Assembly (NCBI GenBank): GCA_045603725.1
Contig: JAZUMP010000056.1
Coordinates: forward strand, 4,702 to 68,701
Source: Christensenellaceae bacterium
GTDB taxonomy: Bacteria > Bacillota > Clostridia > Christensenellales > Borkfalkiaceae
Length of the DNA stretch: 64,000 nt
Direction of reading: 5' to 3'
Of the stretch, positions 57,116-64,000 are shown one piece after another. Both the position numbers and the translations under genes were made by a program. The notes under the pieces are model-generated. The model saw only the letters and a list, made by a program, of their open reading frames with translations, was not told the DNA's origin and did no database searches. Every line of letters starts with the position of its first letter. Within the stretch, counting starts at the first letter, position 1.

Positions 57116-57657
57116 AAACTTTTATTTACCTTCTTTAAAATTTTTATATAAATAGGAACTAAAATTATCGCCCCTATAAGTTCGCCTACAAAGTTAATCG
57201 ACATAATAGTTGTAAAAACTGCCGCTAACGAACTATAATTAAACACCCAAAGCATAAAAATAGTTAAAACAGTATTAGCAAGTATACCAAATGCCCCACC
57301 AATAGAATAAGCAACCGTCTCTTTCTTAAAAAGTTTATTTGCTAATAAAAAAGCAAAATAAGCAACGACGCCAATAAAAATTCTTGGCAAAATTGAAATT
57401 AGTGGATTAATAAATACAGGATTTGCAATTATCACTGCAAGAAAGAAAGAACAACAACCAAATATTATTCCACCAACAAACATTCCTCTTTTACCTAAAA
57501 AAAGCGATAGCGAAACGGCAAGTGGCAACGTTAATATTGCAGGAGTTAAAGCGCCGAACGCAATCGTTAAAAGATAAGTTTCTATCAGCAAGAACACAAA
57601 CATCATTGCCGACAATACGCCGTAATAAGCGATTTTTTTAGCAGTAAATTTTTCCAT
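57112..57657 (-). CDS. ECF-transporter S component; possibly pantothenate-specific given coupling to coaX. The start is moved to the ATG preceded by GGAGG.
   Basis: About 6 TM helices and about 181 aa. It overlaps the coaX start by 4 nt. The ORF-track start is a TTG lying inside the SD. Confidence 0.65.
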   Translation of the reverse strand: MEKFTAKKIAYYGVLSAMMFVFLLIETYLLTIAFGALTPAILTLPLAVSLSLFLGKRGMFVGGIIFGCCSFFLAVIIANPVFINPLISILPRIFIGVVAYFAFLLANKLFKKETVAYSIGGAFGILANTVLTIFMLWVFNYSSLAAVFTTIMSINFVGELIGAIILVPIYIKILKKVNKSL

Positions 57658-57855
57658 ATTAGCCTCCAATCGAATCCCGTAAAGGGTATCCGTAAGAAAA
57701 AATAAAAAATATATAAGTATCGAACCCTAAAAGGTGTTCGTATAATATATTTTAATATATTTATTTTTAAAAATCAACTACTGATTCACATTTTTTGCTA
57801 ATTTTGAGTATTATATAGTGATAGCAATATCAAAAATTATTTAGGAGAAATTTAT

Positions 57856-58074
57856 ATGATGAACTATTTTGGTTTTAACAATGACAACTGCTGTTTGTAC
57901 ATACTTATCATTTTATTAGTTTTATGCCTTTGTGGTAACGGCTGTTTAAACGGAATAATTGATAAAATTTGTGGCTGTTCGGCTATTCTTCCTATCATAC
58001 TTCTTCTTTTATGTTGTTGTAATAAGGGCGGAAACCAAAAGCCTTTTAGCATAGGCGGTTGCGGTTGCAAGTAA
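57856..58074 (+). CDS. Cys-rich hydrophobic micro-protein (12 Cys in 72 aa)
   Basis: Strong SD aggag sits 7 nt upstream, and a terminator follows directly. Two repeats each consist of a Leu/Ile-rich segment plus a Cys cluster (LCLCGNGC, LCCCNKGG), and the protein ends in GGCGCK. Confidence 0.65.
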   Translation: MMNYFGFNNDNCCLYILIILLVLCLCGNGCLNGIIDKICGCSAILPIILLLLCCCNKGGNQKPFSIGGCGCK

Positions 58075-58082
58075 CAAATGAC

Positions 58083-58114
58083 AAACGGCGCTAACTAGCG
58101 CCGTTTAATTTTTT
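58083..58114. terminator. Bidirectional terminator between the Cys-rich gene and arsR
   Basis: aaacggcgct pairs with agcgccgttt as a hairpin, followed by aatttttt. Confidence 0.75.
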
Positions 58115-58457
58115 AATAACCTAAAAACTCTACGCCTTTTAAAAGCACGTCGTTTATAAGTTCGTTTTTAAGAGAGTAGAAAACTATTTTACCCTGCCTT
58201 TTGTATCTTACTGCTCCTAGGTCTTTTAGGAGCCTTAACTGATGTGATACAGTCGTTTGATTTAAACTAAGCATAACTGATATATCCGTTACGCACATTT
58301 CGGAAATTGCAAGCGCAGATAATATTCTAAGCCTAGTTATATCTGCAAAAATACCGAAAAATCCTACAAGTTCAGATAGTATATCGTCGGACGGAACGTA
58401 ATCACTAATTAGCCCTTGTGTCCTTTTGTCAAGTAGTAAAACGCATTGATTATCCAT
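58113..58457 (-). CDS. ArsR/SmtB-family transcriptional regulator
   Basis: ...FFGIFADITRLRILSALAISEMCVTDISVMLSLNQTTVSHQLRLLKDLGAV... is a canonical ArsR wHTH. Only one Cys occupies the position of the ELCVCDL metal site. Confidence 0.85.
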   Translation of the reverse strand: MDNQCVLLLDKRTQGLISDYVPSDDILSELVGFFGIFADITRLRILSALAISEMCVTDISVMLSLNQTTVSHQLRLLKDLGAVRYKRQGKIVFYSLKNELINDVLLKGVEFLGY

Positions 58458-58602
58458 AAAATCACCGCCTTTTATAACTTTACTATAAGATTTAACCTTA
58501 CACTCATATCATAATAAACAAAGGTAAATATGTCAACTTATTCATTTTTAGAAAAATGTCGCATATTGTAATATAAATAATGATATTGTAAAAAGGAGAA
58601 TT

Positions 58603-58758
58603 ATGAATACTATTAATATTGCTTTAATTGGTTTATTACTACTTTTAAGCGCAAATGGAACTATAACTACTACTCAACTTTTATTACTTCTTGCGCTACT
58701 ATCTACCACTGCGTGCTTATGTGGGAATTCATGCAATAATTCATCTACTACAATTTAA
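58603..58758 (+). CDS. 51-aa hydrophobic peptide with a C-terminal CLCGNSC motif; not in the ORF track
   Basis: My translation is MNTINIALIGLLLLLSANGTITTTQLLLLLALLSTTACLCGNSCNNSSTTI. SD aaaggag sits 7 nt upstream and a terminator follows immediately. It shares the C-L-C-G-N-x-C motif with 57856..58074. Confidence 0.5.
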   Translation: MNTINIALIGLLLLLSANGTITTTQLLLLLALLSTTACLCGNSCNNSSTTI

Positions 58759-58787
58759 AAAATTCGTGCTTTTGCACGAATTTTTTA
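58757..58787. terminator. Bidirectional terminator
   Basis: aattcgtgc-tttt-gcacgaatt is flanked by an A-run and a T-run. Confidence 0.75.
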
Positions 58788-60023
58788 TACTTTTAAAGGC
58801 TTAACGTTTCTTCCTACTATTGCCGTAGCCATATCGAATTTATTAAACTCTTTTATCGCTTCTTCAACGTCTTTTTTAGTTACTTCGTCTACTTTTTTAA
58901 TTCTTTCTTCATAATTATAAAGTTTACCCGTCATTAAATAATACCTAGAAAAAAGTTGCACCTTTGAAGTAGGCTTTTCAAGTGAAAACACAGTAGACGC
59001 TTTTAACGTATTTTTAACTTTTAAAAATTCTTCATCGGTTATGCCGTTTTTTACCATATCTTGAACAGTTTCAAGCACGGCATTAAATCCTAAATCTACC
59101 TTTTCACTATTAAGTGCAGTATAAATATTAGCAACGCCCACGTCTTTAAATCTTGACGCGTAACTATAAACGGAATACGCAAGCCCGAGTTCTTCCCTTA
59201 CCTTTCTAAAAAGCCTACTCGACATACTTCCCCCAAGTATCGATAACGCCATTTCGCTTTTGATTCTATCGTCGTTAACGTAAGATATTGATGGAAATTT
59301 TAAGCAAAAATGCACTTGCTCTATGTCCTTATTTTTTGCTAAATTTTGCCTTTTATTTTGAATATTGTGTTCGGGAATTTTTTTAGGTTTCCCTTCCTTT
59401 ATTAGTGGCATTACGTATTTTTCAACGAGTTTTTCGCATCCACTTAAAGTAACGTTTCCTGCAAAAGTTATAACGACGTTTTCAGAAACGTAATTATCGC
59501 TTAAATATTTTTTTACGTCATCTTTTGTAAAAGACGCAACGTTTTTAGGACTACCTAAAATAGTTCTACCATATCCGTCGCTCCCAAAAAACGCAGTGCA
59601 CGATAAATCCGAGCAAACGTCTTCAGGGCTATCTTCACTCATATTTATTTCTTCTATTATAACGTCTTTTTCTCTTTTTGCTTCTTCATCGTCATAAATA
59701 GATGAAAACACCATTTCACTCATTATTTTAAAAGTGCTTTCTAAATTATCTACGATAGTTTGAGCGTGAAAGCAGGTAGTTTCAGTAGACGTGTAAGCGT
59801 TGTAATTAGCGCCGTTTAAGTCCATTAAATTTGAAATATCAAAGGAAGAATAATCTTTAGTGCCTTTAAAATTCATATGCTCTATATAATGGGAAATACC
59901 GTTATTGTCTTCCCTTTCGTTAATTGAGCCTGCGCCTATCATTATAGCAAAAGATGATGAAAGCGCACCTCCCTCACTCACAATTAACGTTAATCCATTT
60001 TTAAATTTTTTTATACTGTCCAT
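58785..60023 (-). CDS. M16-family (pitrilysin-like) zinc peptidase
   Basis: The HxxEH motif occurs in HYIEHMNFKGT. Pairing with a ylxY-like deacetylase matches B. subtilis ylxY-mlpA. Confidence 0.85.
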   Translation of the reverse strand: MDSIKKFKNGLTLIVSEGGALSSSFAIMIGAGSINEREDNNGISHYIEHMNFKGTKDYSSFDISNLMDLNGANYNAYTSTETTCFHAQTIVDNLESTFKIMSEMVFSSIYDDEEAKREKDVIIEEINMSEDSPEDVCSDLSCTAFFGSDGYGRTILGSPKNVASFTKDDVKKYLSDNYVSENVVITFAGNVTLSGCEKLVEKYVMPLIKEGKPKKIPEHNIQNKRQNLAKNKDIEQVHFCLKFPSISYVNDDRIKSEMALSILGGSMSSRLFRKVREELGLAYSVYSYASRFKDVGVANIYTALNSEKVDLGFNAVLETVQDMVKNGITDEEFLKVKNTLKASTVFSLEKPTSKVQLFSRYYLMTGKLYNYEERIKKVDEVTKKDVEEAIKEFNKFDMATAIVGRNVKPLKV

Positions 60024-60051
60024 AATCCTTAAATTTAATATTAGTAGTTTT

Positions 60052-60786
60052 TTACAAATTATTATTCAAACACTCTGTAACCGTTACTAAATTATATCCT
60101 TTTTCTTTTATCGTATCAATTATTTTTGGTAGAGCGTTTAGCGTATGAGTTTTAGGGTGCATTAAAATAAAATCGCCGTTTTTTAAATTTTTAGTCGCTC
60201 TAGTATATATCAAACTTTCATCGCTATCGCGCCAATCAATAGTATCTTTAGACCACATTATAGTTTTATAATTAAGACTCTTACTAGCCTTTAGCGTGTT
60301 TTTTGAAAAAGCGCCAGACGGTGGTGCAAACAACGTCATTTTATAACCAGTTAACGCATAAACGATTTTATCACAATTATTTATTTCGTTATAATTACCA
60401 CTTTCGCTAAGTTTTTTATGGTCCTTATGAAAATAACCGTGATTTCCTAGTTCGTGACCTTGAGATATTATCTCTTTAAGAATTGCGCCATTATCATCTG
60501 CCCAACAGCCACCAACAAAAAACGTCGCTTTTACCTCTTTTTCTTTAAACAGTTCTAGCATTTTTGTTACGACTTCGGTATTTTCGTATACGTTTATCAT
60601 TATTGAAACGTTGTTAAGTTCTTGGCTTCCGTTATAAATGGCGTTATAACTGCCTTCACTAGAAATGGTAACGCTTTTTTCAGGTAAAAACCCCACTAAA
60701 AAAACGCCGATTATTACTATAGCGATAATCAAATTTGATATTAATTTTACTTTTTTATTATTCAAAACCTTCTCCAAATAATACAT
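60052..60786 (-). CDS. Polysaccharide deacetylase (YlxY-like) with an N-terminal anchor
   Basis: ATFFVGGCWADDNG and HELGNHGYFH are present. Confidence 0.8.
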   Translation of the reverse strand: MYYLEKVLNNKKVKLISNLIIAIVIIGVFLVGFLPEKSVTISSEGSYNAIYNGSQELNNVSIMINVYENTEVVTKMLELFKEKEVKATFFVGGCWADDNGAILKEIISQGHELGNHGYFHKDHKKLSESGNYNEINNCDKIVYALTGYKMTLFAPPSGAFSKNTLKASKSLNYKTIMWSKDTIDWRDSDESLIYTRATKNLKNGDFILMHPKTHTLNALPKIIDTIKEKGYNLVTVTECLNNNL

Positions 60787-60817
60787 TTTATTAATGAAGA
60801 AGGTTAAAAATGATTAA

Positions 60818-61342
60818 TTATTTAATTTGCACCTTACTGCGCGCAAATAAAGATATTAATTTTTCTCTACTGCCCTCAATAAAATCGTCGTTAGATATAT
60901 AATACATATCGCCGTTTTGAACGTAAATGGCAATGCCGTTTTTATCAGTTCTAACCTTATCAACGTTTTTCATCATTAAAGTATCTAATTTAGTAACACC
61001 GTCTTGAGTTAAACTAATTTCAATACGCTTTTCTTTAAATTCGTAGTTAATAACTACGGGGCTATTTTGCACGTTCATATCGTAAACGGCCTTTTCTACG
61101 CTACCTTTATTGGTTTTTATAACGCTAATTATTGGATAAAACGCAAATAAACTAACGATAATGCCAACTATAAGCGAAAACACGTTAATTTTTTCACTAG
61201 TTACGGCAGTTACAATATTTAGAACGCCCATAGCGAGCATAACTAGCGATAATATAAGCGATGAAATTATCGCTTTTAATTGAACCTTTTTAGACATTTT
61301 AACTATTTTTTCTTTATCGTAATAACTTTCTGCTCTTATCAT
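60818..61342 (-). CDS. YcxB-like membrane protein (two TM segments plus a PH-like C-terminal domain). The start is moved to MIRAESYY.
   Basis: SD gaaagga precedes the ATG at 61340-61342, which is 2 nt after the mtnN stop. The longer ORF-track version overlaps mtnN by 49 nt. Confidence 0.5.
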   Translation of the reverse strand: MIRAESYYDKEKIVKMSKKVQLKAIISSLILSLVMLAMGVLNIVTAVTSEKINVFSLIVGIIVSLFAFYPIISVIKTNKGSVEKAVYDMNVQNSPVVINYEFKEKRIEISLTQDGVTKLDTLMMKNVDKVRTDKNGIAIYVQNGDMYYISNDDFIEGSREKLISLFARSKVQIK

Positions 61343-61344
61343 TT

Positions 61345-62037
61345 TTAAATCCTTTCTAAAATTGCTTTTATAGTATCTAAATAAACTTTGCACGCTTCGT
61401 TAACTCTACGGTTAAACTCTTCTGCTCCCCCAGTTCCGTCAGAAACTGCTTTAATAATAAGCGTAGGAATCTTTGCGTTTAACGAAGTTAATAAAACTCC
61501 TGCACATTCCATATCGCAAACGTCAGCATTAAAATCGCTAACTAATTTTTCTTTAATTTCTTTTTTAGAAACAAACTTGTCCGCCGAAGCACAAACGGCA
61601 GTTTTAACGTTATTATTTACACTTAAAGCCAAGTTAACGAGTTCTTCGCTAGGTTTTAAAATAACGTCGTAATTAGGATATTCGCCGACCTTTACGTCGT
61701 CAATATCAGATAGGTCAAAATCATAGTGAACTACACCGTTAACTATTACCGTTTCGCACACCGAAATACTATCTTTTAAACTACCACACACACCGAAATT
61801 AACTATTAATTCACAGTTAAACACGCTAATTAAAATTTCCGTTGCCGCCGACGCGTAAATCTCGCCGATTCCACTTTTAATAAGGTATACTTTTTTATTT
61901 TCTATTGAGCACTCAAAAACGTTATAGCCACCTACGGTTTTTTCTACGACGTTTTCGCCAAATTTTAAAAAAAACGGTTTTATCTCTTTATCCATAGCAA
62001 CGACCATTCCTATGGTATTAAATTTTTTGTAAGTCAT
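61345..62037 (-). CDS. mtnN: 5'-methylthioadenosine / S-adenosylhomocysteine nucleosidase
   Basis: IGMVVAMDKE, ...SGIGEIYAS... and ...DMECAGV... are present. Confidence 0.85.
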   Translation of the reverse strand: MTYKKFNTIGMVVAMDKEIKPFFLKFGENVVEKTVGGYNVFECSIENKKVYLIKSGIGEIYASAATEILISVFNCELIVNFGVCGSLKDSISVCETVIVNGVVHYDFDLSDIDDVKVGEYPNYDVILKPSEELVNLALSVNNNVKTAVCASADKFVSKKEIKEKLVSDFNADVCDMECAGVLLTSLNAKIPTLIIKAVSDGTGGAEEFNRRVNEACKVYLDTIKAILERI

Positions 62038-62073
62038 ATTAACCCCTTTTTATTAATTGTAATAAAATATATT

Positions 62074-62667
62074 ATGAAAGTATTTATTTATGATAACGGA
62101 TATATATTATCAAGTTACGTTAAAGCCGTTTTATCGGTTAATTCCACACCGATTTTAACTAAAGATTTATCTAAATTTAACGAGTGCGACGCACTGCTTT
62201 TAACCGGTGGCGGTAACATTTGCCCTGCATTTTATGGAGAAGCGTTAAAACCTTACGATAATTGCGATTATTTAACGGATATTTCCGAAATGTATCTACT
62301 TAAAGAATGTATTAAAAACAACAAACAAGTAGTCGGCATATGTAAAGGTATGCAAGTAATAAACGTGTTTTTTAACGGAAGTTTAGAAAGCATACCAAAT
62401 AGCGCAATAAACACTCACTATACTTTTAGTAAAGATATTTTACATAAAATAACTTTAAAAAACGGCGAATCGGTTACAGTTAATTCAATGCACAAGCAAA
62501 GAATTAAAGTTTTAGGTAACGGCTTGCAAATAGAAGCGTACTCTAAAGATGGAACTATTGAAGCAATTTCTCACAAACACCATAAAGTTTTTGGCGTACA
62601 ATTTCACCCCGAAAGAATGAATATAGAAATTTGTAAAAAATTTTACTCTAAGTTCTTCAAACCTTAA
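62074..62667 (+). CDS. Class-I glutamine amidotransferase / peptidase C26-like protein
   Basis: GICKGMQ carries the nucleophile Cys, and GVQFHPE is present. Confidence 0.75.
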   Translation: MKVFIYDNGYILSSYVKAVLSVNSTPILTKDLSKFNECDALLLTGGGNICPAFYGEALKPYDNCDYLTDISEMYLLKECIKNNKQVVGICKGMQVINVFFNGSLESIPNSAINTHYTFSKDILHKITLKNGESVTVNSMHKQRIKVLGNGLQIEAYSKDGTIEAISHKHHKVFGVQFHPERMNIEICKKFYSKFFKP

Positions 62668-62668
62668 A

Positions 62669-64000
62669 TTAGTCGCTCATCATTTTACACCAAATAGGTG
62701 CTTTTTCAACGAACTCACTATTAGATTTAGTTCTTTTAAGCATATCAATTAGGTTTTGCGAAGCGTTTAAATCCCTATCTAAATATCTTCTTACCGAATA
62801 ACTTGCTTCGTATTCCTTTTCAGTTAAAAGAAGGTCTTCTCTTCTCGTTCCCGAACGATAAAGGTCAATAGCAGGGAAAATACGCCTTTCGGAAAGTTCG
62901 CGCGATAATATAATTTCCATATTGCCCGTGCCTTTAAATTCTTCGTAAATAACGTCGTCCATTTTAGAGCCCGTATCAATTAGCGCAGTAGATAAAATGG
63001 TTAAACTACCACCGTTTTCAATGTTTCTTGCCGCACCGAAGAATTTTTTAGGCGCAAGTAAAGCAATCGGGTCAATACCACCTGATAACGTTTTGCCACT
63101 TGGAGGAACTAAAGTATTATAAGCCCTAGTGAGTTTAGTTATTGAGTCTAATAAAACTACTACGTCTTGCCCTTCTTCAACTAAACGTTTTGCTCTATTT
63201 AAAACTAGTTCTGCAGCCCTAATATGATGGTCGGGAGACTCGTCGAACGTAGAATATATTACTTCACTTTTTACCGAGCGTTTAAAATCCGTTACTTCTT
63301 CGGGGCGCTCGTCAATAAGAAGTATAATGAGTTTGATATTTTTATGCTTTTCTTCAATAGAGTTAGCAATCTTTTTAAGTAAGGTGGTCTTACCCGCCTT
63401 TGGTGGAGCAACTATAAGCCCACGTTGACCTTTGCCTATTGGACTTAAAATATCAATCGCTCTTATTGAAATATCATCACTATGCCCGTCAAGTTCTAAA
63501 GTAATTCTTTCGTTAGGATAACAAGGCATTAAATCGTCAAAATACGGCCTTTTTGCGTTTTGGTCGTATTCCTTACCGTTAAGTTTTATTATGCTTTTAA
63601 GCGACGGAGAACTATTATCTTTGGACTTTTCAGCAACGCCTTCAACAAAATCGCCCCTTCTTAAATGAAAATACTTTATAGTGTTTTTAGATACGTAAAC
63701 GTCGGTTGATAAATTTGCTTCATAGTTATCCCCACGCAAAAAAGCATAGCCTTGCTCGTGAAATTCCATAATTCCCGATACTTTACCACCTTGAAATTCA
63801 GTAAATTCATAGCTGCTAGACTCTTCACTCTCGCTAACCAAAACGTCTAAATTTTCATCTTTTACGTAAAAGATTTCTTTATTTGAATCCTTTTCTTTTC
63901 TTGGTTTTCTTCCCAAATTGCGCTTATCGGGTTGTTTTTCCCCCGTTTGCAACAATAAAATATTTTCAATTAAACTCTTTTTGTTTATAAGCCTTGGCGT
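62669..64000 (-). CDS. rho: Transcription termination factor Rho; the N-terminus runs off the window end. The ORF-track TTG start at 63955 is internal.
   Basis: Walker A APPKAGKTT, ...LLIDERPEEVT... and ...ALIDTGSKMDDVIYEEFKGTGNME... are present. The frame stays open from 63956 to 64000 (...TPRLINKKSLIENILLQTG...). Confidence 0.93.
   Translation of the reverse strand, partial: TPRLINKKSLIENILLLQTGEKQPDKRNLGRKPRKEKDSNKEIFYVKDENLDVLVSESEESSSYEFTEFQGGKVSGIMEFHEQGYAFLRGDNYEANLSTDVYVSKNTIKYFHLRRGDFVEGVAEKSKDNSSPSLKSIIKLNGKEYDQNAKRPYFDDLMPCYPNERITLELDGHSDDISIRAIDILSPIGKGQRGLIVAPPKAGKTTLLKKIANSIEEKHKNIKLIILLIDERPEEVTDFKRSVKSEVIYSTFDESPDHHIRAAELVLNRAKRLVEEGQDVVVLLDSITKLTRAYNTLVPPSGKTLSGGIDPIALLAPKKFFGAARNIENGGSLTILSTALIDTGSKMDDVIYEEFKGTGNMEIILSRELSERRIFPAIDLYRSGTRREDLLLTEKEYEASYSVRRYLDRDLNASQNLIDMLKRTKSNSEFVEKAPIWCKMMSD

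Noticed and set aside
57658-57760. A possible riboswitch or tRNA-like element upstream of the ECF-S/coaX/ispG operon. The features are a CGAAC-N10-GTTCG hairpin at 57721-57740, a GGGTTCGAT T-loop-like string, and a second weak hairpin.
   Set aside because: No cloverleaf can be drawn, and the T-arm stems are not complementary. The N10 spacing is wrong for a LexA box. I cannot match any known riboswitch consensus, including the pan motif from memory. It may just be a leader hairpin.
57864-58070. A 68-aa minus-strand ORF almost exactly antisense to the Cys-rich 72-aa ORF.
   Set aside because: The plus-strand ORF has a strong aggag SD at the correct spacing and a downstream terminator. The minus-strand ORF has neither, and its P/Q/K-rich sequence looks like a shadow frame.
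8-61672. About 50 short ORFs in the six-frame track lie antisense to, or out of frame within, long well-supported genes. Examples: 8..340+, 3479..3709+, 3985..4218+, 7034..7228+, 8481..8735+, 10119..10301+, 12473..12694+, 16352..16579-, 19358..19552+, 21014..21223-, 22272..22517+, 25541..25756+, 26402..26644+, 26886..27068-, 28421..28675+, 31121..31360+, 32407..32727+, 33136..33333-, 33552..33803-, 35383..35586+, 38190..38390+, 38286..38495-, 39065..39247+, 42025..42369+, 42553..42735+, 43308..43637+, 45784..45966+, 47156..47386+, 47470..47661+, 51840..52170+, 52338..52907, 54187..54712, 55101..55337+, 55909..56091+, 56427..56756+, 57423..57641+, 59905..60090+ and 61388..61672+.
   Set aside because: They overlap genes with clear family motifs. 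They lack SD sequences and have the low-complexity S/L/F/I-rich composition typical of shadow frames in AT-rich DNA. There is no independent evidence for expression.
1-64000. CRISPR arrays, rRNA or tRNA genes, IS elements with transposase genes, and known defence-system genes.
   Set aside because: I saw no regularly spaced direct repeats, no rRNA- or tRNA-like sequences, no transposase-like ORFs, and no restriction, helicase or nuclease defence modules in any frame.

Overview
The window is a 64-kb chromosomal segment from a low-GC Firmicute, probably a sporulating Clostridia-type organism. Support for that: spmA/spmB, the ylxY-mlpA pair, and Bacillus/Clostridium-like synteny of dgt-dnaG-sigA-trmK-nif3, pepP-efp, and rimP-nusA-ylxR-ylxQ-infB-rbfA-nrnA-truB-ribF. 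About 75 genes are present, most on the minus strand. Both window edges cut genes: a ROK glucokinase at the left and rho at the right. From about 19.8 kb onward the content is mostly housekeeping: cdaA, holA, comEC, the pdp-deoC-deoD-deoB operon, rsmA, tatD, metG, the macromolecular-synthesis and nusA/infB operons, ispG, coaX, mtnN and rho. No rRNA, tRNA or CRISPR array was found. The accessory part lies at about 3.7-19.8 kb and has four components. (1) An 11-gene, tightly packed phage-like capsid operon: TerL, a TerS-like fragment, a Zn-ribbon protein, portal, scaffold, major capsid and five unknowns. I see no integrase, replication, lysis or long-tail genes. (2) A sigma/ArpU-like regulator next to a 323-bp control region that holds a perfect Gram-positive LexA (Cheo) box and repeated TGACA half-sites. 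(3) Two membrane-anchored SH3b surface proteins. (4) An orphan HprK-like/PqqD/S24-S26 peptidase operon, followed by a tandem-OB SSB-like gene. Other items worth a second look: a PolC-derived protein with only the N-domain, OB fold and exonuclease, sitting where polC normally lies; an ArsR regulator flanked by two paralogous Cys-containing hydrophobic micro-proteins; a promoter-to-terminator candidate sRNA between the MBL gene and deoB; and a 174-nt element closed by inverted repeats between truB and ribF. All functional calls come from motif recognition and synteny by eye. No database search was run.
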